DNA of 64,000 bases from positions 256,001 to 320,000 of the forward strand of contig CBDHDG010000007.1 of assembly GCA_965261595.1 (NCBI GenBank), in the 5' to 3' direction. This document shows, one piece after another, positions 58,269 to 64,000 of this stretch. Under the pieces are notes generated by a model. The model ran no database searches and was not told where the DNA came from. It worked only from the letters and a program-made list of their open reading frames with translations. Position 1 is the stretch's first letter, and each line of letters starts with the position of its first letter. Origin of the DNA: a bacterium (GTDB taxonomy: Bacteria; UBA8248; JACPRG01; G963555815). A program made the translations under genes and the position numbers.

Positions 58269-59477
58269 TTGAACAGCCGAAGGGAATCCCGCACACTCGG
58301 CGTCGTCACGATGTTCATCACCAATGTCATCGTGACCATCGGGCTGGTCATGATCGCCCCGCTTCTGCCGGTGTTCGCCCAGCGGGCCGGGGCGTCCGGG
58401 GCCTGGATGGGAGCGCTCTTCGCCGCGGACATGGTGGCCCGGACGGTGGCCATGCCCCTGTGCGGCAGGGCTTCGGATCGCTTCGGCCGGAGGCCCTTCC
58501 TCATCCTCGGACTGATCCTGTTCGCCGCGGCCTCCTTTTCGTTCACGCAGACATTCGGCAAGACGACCCTGTTGGCCGTCAGGACCCTTCAGGGGGTGGG
58601 CGCGGGGATGGTGATCCCCGTCATCATGGCCTACTTCGGAGAATTCGCCTCGACCCACCGTGTGGCCTTGACGATGGGGACGCTGAACATCTCCTTTTTC
58701 GGCGGGCTGGCGCTCGGCCCCTTTCTGGGCGGGCTCCTGGAATCCCGCTTTTCCCTGGAAGCGCCCTTTTATTTCCTGGCGGCCGCCGCCCTCCTCAACG
58801 CGGGGTTCATCTTCTGGCTCCTGCCGGAGTCCGCCTCCCGGGGGCGAACGGACGGAGGCCGGAAGGGCGGAACGGCGGACTCCGTCGCTCCGTGGAGAGC
58901 AGTCCTGTCCGACGCGACGCTGCGGCGGCTTTGCACACACCGGTTCCTGGTGTCATTCGGGGTCTCGACCGCTTGGGCCTTCGTCCCGCTCTACGCGGTC
59001 AAGGTGTTGGGACTCTCGACCTACGACGCCGGAATCGTCGTCGGCGCCATCACCCTGTTGACGGCCGTCCTCATTTCGCCCGGGGGCTGGGTCGGAGACC
59101 GGGTGGACCAGTGGCTGCTCATCCTCGCCGGAACGCTGATCCTGTCGCTCTGTTTCGGGGCGGTCTCCTGGTCAACAGGGTTCTGGGCGCTGGCCGCGGT
59201 CTGCGGGGCCATGGGCCTGGCCCAGGCCTGCTACATGCCCGCCGCCTACGCCCTCATGGTGGGCGTCGGCCGGGAGATGGGGATGGGCGCGAGCCTGGGC
59301 GTTTACTCGACCTCCCTCACCCTCGGCCTTGCGGTCGGCCCCCTCGTCTCGGGAATGCTCGTCGACGGGTTCGGGTTGCGGACGACGTTTCTCGTGACCG
59401 GGGCGCTGGGCCTTTTGGCGGCCGGGACGATCTTGAAGCGGGTGAATCTCAAAAAGGGGATGGCGGGCGATTCGTAG
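58269..59477 (+). CDS. MFS transporter (DHA1-like)
   Basis: GRASDRFGRR motif A, GPFLGG motif C; AAGGAGG upstream of TTG. Confidence 0.9.
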   Translation: MNSRRESRTLGVVTMFITNVIVTIGLVMIAPLLPVFAQRAGASGAWMGALFAADMVARTVAMPLCGRASDRFGRRPFLILGLILFAAASFSFTQTFGKTTLLAVRTLQGVGAGMVIPVIMAYFGEFASTHRVALTMGTLNISFFGGLALGPFLGGLLESRFSLEAPFYFLAAAALLNAGFIFWLLPESASRGRTDGGRKGGTADSVAPWRAVLSDATLRRLCTHRFLVSFGVSTAWAFVPLYAVKVLGLSTYDAGIVVGAITLLTAVLISPGGWVGDRVDQWLLILAGTLILSLCFGAVSWSTGFWALAAVCGAMGLAQACYMPAAYALMVGVGREMGMGASLGVYSTSLTLGLAVGPLVSGMLVDGFGLRTTFLVTGALGLLAAGTILKRVNLKKGMAGDS

Positions 59478-59703
59478 CTGGGGCCGATCTTCCAGGAGGG
59501 GTGGACGGCCATTTGAATTGCGATCCGGGGGATGCGGAACCCCTCTCCCCTCCCCTTCGTGGAGGCCCGGTTGGGGGGCGTCCTCAACCGCCCTTGACAA
59601 TCATCCGCCACACCCGGCATCGTCGGTGAATGGGGTGAAACTTCGGCCGGGCCGGACCGAGCTTGCGCCGGTCCCGGGAACAGCGGACCTCGATGAGGAG
59701 AGG

Positions 59704-60132
59704 ATGACCATGCCGGACATCAAACCGCATTTGAAGCTGACGCAAGATGGGGCCCTGAAGATTTTGAACGCGGCCATCCAAAAGGCGGATGAAATGGGCC
59801 AGCCGCAGTGCATCGCCGTCGTGGACGACGGGGGGCACCTGCTGGCGTTCGTCCGGATGGACGGGGCGAAAGTCATGAGCATCGATTCTTCAACGCGGAA
59901 AGCGATGACGGCGTCTTCGAGCCGCGTCCCCACCAGCGGGGTGTCGAAGGACAACGAGCTGAAGCTCGCCCACGCCACAAGCGGCAAACTGACGAACCTG
60001 AAAGGCGGCCTCCCCATCATCATCGACGGTCACGTCGTCGGAGGGATCGGCGTCGGCTCCGGGACGGGCGAACAGGACCTCGAAGTCGCCAAAGAGGCGC
60101 TGAAGGCGGTGGAAGGGACGCAGGAGTTTTAA
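59704..60132 (+). CDS. GlcG/HbpS family heme-binding protein
   Basis: IAVVDDGG, RMDGA, KAMTA, GGLPI, GGIGVGSG. Confidence 0.9.
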   Translation: MTMPDIKPHLKLTQDGALKILNAAIQKADEMGQPQCIAVVDDGGHLLAFVRMDGAKVMSIDSSTRKAMTASSSRVPTSGVSKDNELKLAHATSGKLTNLKGGLPIIIDGHVVGGIGVGSGTGEQDLEVAKEALKAVEGTQEF

Positions 60133-61825
60133 CCCGCATTTCCCATATGGATGATAATTTTTAACGCCCCGAAGGCCGTTTTCTCGTGTAAAATCAAAGT
60201 GTTGGCCTCTCCCTGCCATCATCTTGCGAGGGGACCCGATGGGTGAAGCGAAAAAGAGGCCGTTGAGGCTCCAATTCGACGGTCGGCTCAGGCTGGAGTT
60301 TCACGGAGCAAAGGTTACGAGTGACGCCGGTTTGCTTGCCTATCGTGAACTGGATGAGGTGTTGGGGCTGACGAAGGCGGCCGAGGGGTTTCTGTCCGAT
60401 TCACGGACGGGCGGGAACACCCGGCACAGCCTCACCGCTTTGGTGCGCCAGTCGGTCTACAGCCGCCTGGCAGGATATAAAGACACCAATGATGCCGAGC
60501 GGCTCTGTGTCGATCCCGCCATGCGTCAGGTGGTTGGGGGGCGAGCGAAGTATCACACCGCTGCCTCCACCAGCCAGATGAGCCGATTCGAGACGCAGAC
60601 CCTCACCCGGCCCCTTAACCTCAAGGCGCTGAGCGGTCTGCCCGGTGTGTTGGTGGATCGTGTCCGCAAACGCAAGCCGATTCGCAAGCTGATCCTGGAC
60701 ATGGACAGTTCGGTCAGCCCGACCCACGGTGAGCAGGAAGGCTCTTCCTACAACGGCCACTTCGGCTGCACCTGCTATCACCCACTGTTTTGCTTCAACC
60801 AGTTTGGCGATCTGGAGCGGGCGCTGTTGCGCAACGGCAAGGTCCACAGCGCTGATGACTGGTGGTCTGTATTGGAGCCGGTGGTAGCTCGCTACCGGGA
60901 TGCGAAGGTCTGTCGGTTTTTTCGAGGCGACGCGGCATTTGCCAAGCCGGAGGTGTACCGATACCTTGAGGCGGAGGGCTACTCCTATGCGATTCGGCTT
61001 CCGGCCAACGCCATCTTGTACAGGGACATCGAATGCCTTCTGACCCGGCCGGTTGGCCGACCGCCCAAAAGGCCCATTATCTTCTACCACAGCGTCTCCT
61101 ATCAGGCGGCTAGTTGGGAGAAGCCTCGCCGGGTGGTGGTGGCGGTCGAGTGGCACCAGGGCGAGTTGTTTCCAAGAGTCAGCTTCATCGTGACCAACCT
61201 GCACTGGCGGGAAGAGAACGTCGTGAGGTTCTACAACCAGCGTGGGACGGCGGAGCAGTGGATCAAGGAGGGCAAGTACGCCCTGAACTGGACGCGCCTG
61301 TCCTGCCACGGCTTTGAAGAGAACCAGGTCCGCTTGCAACTATTTGCCTTGGCGTACAACCTGGCAAACTTCCTGCGGCGGCTGGCGTTGCCCAGAGCGG
61401 TGAAGCACTGGTCGCTGACGACGTTACGCGAGAAGCTGATTAAGATTGGGGCCAAGGTGGTCACCCACGCCCGGTACACCACCTTCCAGATGGCCGAGGT
61501 GGCCGTGCCGCGTCAACTGTTCAGGGCAATCCTTGAACGAATTCGACGGTTGTGGTTACCGCCTCCCGTACCAGATACCGGATGACGGAGCAGATGGCCC
61601 GGAAGCTTAGTGACGTGGTGGAGACGGGGGATCAGTCTGCGCCGAACTCCCCTGAGTGTGCCGGTAGAGCTGGGTTTTCAAGGGATTGCGGCTTTAGGAC
61701 GGCCGTTGCCCCTCGATTGAGCAGAGGGTTCTGCAAAGAGACCCTGAATCTGTAGTAAAATGGGGTACTTTGATGACACAGGAGGACCGCAGGATGGCTA
61801 AGAGTGGTCATCTGGGAAATCCCGG
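60133..61825 (+). mobile_element. IS1380-family insertion sequence (1693 bp)
   Basis: IRs CCCGCATTTCCCATATG / CATCTGGGAAATCCCGG; TTTAA direct repeat at 60128-60132 and 61826-61830. Confidence 0.93.
60239..61585 (+). CDS. IS1380-family transposase
   Basis: [34 protein letters not shown]. Confidence 0.95.
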   Translation: MGEAKKRPLRLQFDGRLRLEFHGAKVTSDAGLLAYRELDEVLGLTKAAEGFLSDSRTGGNTRHSLTALVRQSVYSRLAGYKDTNDAERLCVDPAMRQVVGGRAKYHTAASTSQMSRFETQTLTRPLNLKALSGLPGVLVDRVRKRKPIRKLILDMDSSVSPTHGEQEGSSYNGHFGCTCYHPLFCFNQFGDLERALLRNGKVHSADDWWSVLEPVVARYRDAKVCRFFRGDAAFAKPEVYRYLEAEGYSYAIRLPANAILYRDIECLLTRPVGRPPKRPIIFYHSVSYQAASWEKPRRVVVAVEWHQGELFPRVSFIVTNLHWREENVVRFYNQRGTAEQWIKEGKYALNWTRLSCHGFEENQVRLQLFALAYNLANFLRRLALPRAVKHWSLTTLREKLIKIGAKVVTHARYTTFQMAEVAVPRQLFRAILERIRRLWLPPPVPDTG

Positions 61826-62045
61826 TTTAAATCAAGACAACTCTTGTATTGACCACCCGTTGCTCTTTAACTCAATTAGAGCCCTCTTTACCGGGGCTGT
61901 CAACACCATTTCGGGCGCCTGAAACCCTGATCGGAGCGGTATCCGCCATTGGAAAACCATGTCAGCGCCGGCGTGTAAACGGGCTTGACCACCAGGTTTG
62001 GAGTCTTCGTCATTTTGCCCTTGTGTGGACTCCGCTTAGGGTCGC

Positions 62046-62434
62046 TAGACAGGCACCGGGCATCATCGCTTGATTCTCTCCAAGATAAGGGCAAATGTCT
62101 TCCTGGATACACCGACCTCGGCCAACTGGAAGGTGATGTGGCGGGCGTACCGCACGAGCCGGCCGCCCATTTTGAGGAGCTTAAGCTGAAGGCCGCGTAA
62201 CGACCAGTGCTTGATCCCTCTCGGCAGGCCAGCAATCCCGCATCCGAAGTCATTCTGGTTCCGTGAAACTCAAGCCTCAGCCGACGCTCAAAACGGACCT
62301 TCAACGCCCACTTTTTCGCTTCACCCATTGGATTACCCCGCGAGAGGATGGCTCGGGGAGGCTCATGCATTGATTTTACTCCAGAAAATGTCCTCCGGTC
62401 CGACAAAAGTTATGATCCATATGGGATATCTGGG
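62046..62434 (-). mobile_element. Internally deleted IS1380 derivative
   Basis: Left IR CCCAGATATCCCATATG after TTTAA; MGEAKK...[11 protein letters not shown] joined directly to KHWSL...ITFQLAEV; right end not found. Confidence 0.82.
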
Positions 62435-62742
62435 TTAAACCGAATCTCACGCCGGGGCATACGCCCTGACGGGGCGGGGGGGGGCGAGGGAGTCGCTTGC
62501 CTTTTTGAGACTTGCCCATTCTTGCCGGTGAGGATTCCCGGGGAACAGTGTAGCGCGCCCTTGCGCTGCGCCGCTTATGTCAGATGGCTTGCAAATCACA
62601 CGTGAGCCGATTCCTCGCTATTCCCGGTGGCGCCTTTCTGATTCTCCCCACCATCCATACAATATATCATTACAAATCAATAGGTTAATAAGACATCACT
62701 CGGGATCAATGATTCGGCTTCAAAAATAACCCATCTTTTTTC

Positions 62743-62800
62743 TTGACTAAATCAAACGAACGTTTATATTATCAAACAAGTGATTGAAACAATCGTTTCA
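62743..62800 (+). promoter_or_regulatory. Sigma70 promoter with repeated AAAC-N4-GTTT operators
   Basis: TTGACT and TATATT/TATTAT; AAACGAACGTTT (62754), CAAACAAGTGATTG (62773), TGAAACAATCGTTTCA (62785). Confidence 0.7.
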
Positions 62801-62853
62801 CTCAGTTCATCCGTTTCACACAGGCTGAAATGCCAAAGCAAAGGAGAAACAAA

Positions 62854-63177
62854 ATGAAGACGGCAAAGATTTTCAAGGCGATCGCCCTTTCGACGCTGCT
62901 CCTGGCCGGGACAACCGGCGCGGCCCTGGCCGAGGGGCCGATCTCCGGCGAACCCTATCCGGGGTTCTTCGAGGGCGTGGTGATACAGGCCGACGGCCCA
63001 GTGGCGAAATTCCAGGTGGCCAGCGAGGCCCCGGGGCGGTTGGTGGAGGTCGAGGGCGGGACGATCCGCGTCAACGGGCTGAGCGCGGTTGCACTCGCGG
63101 AAATCCTGCCTCAAGCGTTCATCGGGCTGCCGGTTGACGCCGACGCCGATTCCACGGCCGTCGCCCGAGTCAACTGA
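62854..63177 (+). CDS. Small secreted hypothetical protein, paralog 1
   Basis: AAGGAG RBS, Sec signal ending AALA; homologous to 63436-63795. Confidence 0.8.
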   Translation: MKTAKIFKAIALSTLLLAGTTGAALAEGPISGEPYPGFFEGVVIQADGPVAKFQVASEAPGRLVEVEGGTIRVNGLSAVALAEILPQAFIGLPVDADADSTAVARVN

Positions 63178-63280
63178 TCGCCGACTCAATTCACCCAACG
63201 GGGTATCCCGCCGCGAAGGGACCGGGCGCCCAATCGGGCGTCCCGGCCTCTTTCCGGCAGTCAACAAAGGAGCCGATTTC

Positions 63281-63403
63281 ATGACGGAAGCCTACATTTC
63301 CATTTTGCAAAGCCTGTTCGTATTCGCCTCAAGCGGCGCCTTGGGTCTCCTTCTCTGGGGCGCCTATCAGGACGGGCGATGCCAAAATTCCGAGGATTGC
63401 TGA
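63281..63403 (+). CDS. 40-aa single-TM peptide
   Basis: AAGGAG RBS; MTEAYISILQSLFVFASSGALGLLLWGAYQDGRCQNSEDC. Confidence 0.55.
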   Translation: MTEAYISILQSLFVFASSGALGLLLWGAYQDGRCQNSEDC

Positions 63404-63435
63404 ACCGATAACCTCTATCCGTAAGGAGATTCAGG

Positions 63436-63795
63436 ATGCAAGTGAATAAGACATTCAGGGCAATAGCGCTGAGCGGATTGTTTCCAGGTTATACGGCTCC
63501 GAAAGCCGCCGGACTTCTTCTTGCTGGTGTCGCCGCCGCCGCACCGGCTCAGGAGTCTTTGGTTTCCGGAGCGCCCCATCCGGAATTTTTTGGAAGCGTC
63601 CCGAGTGAGGCCGAGGGTCCGGTCACGGCCGATATCGTCGGCCACGGTGAGGGCGATTCCTCGAAGGTTGTCCGGAAAACCATCCGGATAGGGGCCGAAA
63701 ATGGTGTAGAATTAACAGAGGTTTACCCGGAGGCGTTCATCGGCCTGCCAGTGGAGGTCGAGGGAGCCGACACCACCATTGCCGAAGCCAAGTGA
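63436..63795 (+). CDS. Small secreted hypothetical protein, paralog 2
   Basis: TAAGGAG RBS; shares SG.P.P.FF and P.AFIGLPV with paralog 1. Confidence 0.8.
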   Translation: MQVNKTFRAIALSGLFPGYTAPKAAGLLLAGVAAAAPAQESLVSGAPHPEFFGSVPSEAEGPVTADIVGHGEGDSSKVVRKTIRIGAENGVELTEVYPEAFIGLPVEVEGADTTIAEAK

Positions 63796-63879
63796 TCGGA
63801 GGAAGCGCAGGCCTCCAGGCGCCCATTCGGGCGTCTGGAGGGCGGGACGCGATAACGGAGAGCAGACGGAGGGCGTCTG

Positions 63880-64000
63880 ATGGATCTTCTCATCACAACC
63901 TCTTATTCATGGCCGTTGCTTGTCATCCGAGTGTTCCTGGGTATGATCATGTTCGCCCATGGGGCCCAAAAACTCTTCGGGTGGTTCGGCGGCAGGGGGC
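63880..64000 (+). CDS. DoxX family membrane protein (truncated by window end)
   Basis: [25 protein letters not shown]. Confidence 0.88.
   Translation, partial: MDLLITTSYSWPLLVIRVFLGMIMFAHGAQKLFGWFGGRG

Noticed and set aside
57192..58940. 582-aa minus-strand ORF
   Set aside because: Antisense shadow of the permease and MFS genes
1..64000. tRNA, rRNA, selenocysteine-containing genes, integron integrase
   Set aside because: No cloverleaf or rRNA signatures, no in-frame TGA at a catalytic Cys position and no tyrosine recombinase motifs were seen by eye

Overview
GC-rich bacterial chromosomal window from a diderm organism (Omp85-type and DUF3187 outer-membrane genes, hopanoid genes hpnH/hpnA). 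Most of it is housekeeping and metabolism: rdgB-rph-GerMN-amidase, pyrE, moeB, a SbcD/SbcC-like pair with comB-nadK-recN, pckA, a type III PKS, a ClC transporter and several MFS transporters. Mobile DNA comprises one IS3-family element with a 4-bp TSD, one intact IS1380-family element with a 5-bp TSD and an internally deleted IS1380 derivative. The most unusual region is 35.36-40.51 kb: a lower-GC, minus-strand integron cassette array with 4 recognisable full-span attC sites (one interrupted) and several degenerate or partial ones, but no integrase in the window (CALIN-like). It carries several toxin-antitoxin modules plus HEPN-like and PD-(D/E)XK-like cassettes, and two attC positions are occupied by the same ~67-bp palindromic element. 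Other notable items are an orphan senB-type selenosugar glycosyltransferase facing a betaine/ergothioneine-type ABC transporter with a GIY-YIG-like gene inserted in it, a Rad50/SbcC-like ATPase with a transmembrane hairpin instead of a zinc hook, and an operon of unrecognised secreted paralogs behind a multi-operator promoter. No rRNA, tRNA or CRISPR array was seen. All calls come from reading motifs by eye; no database search was run.
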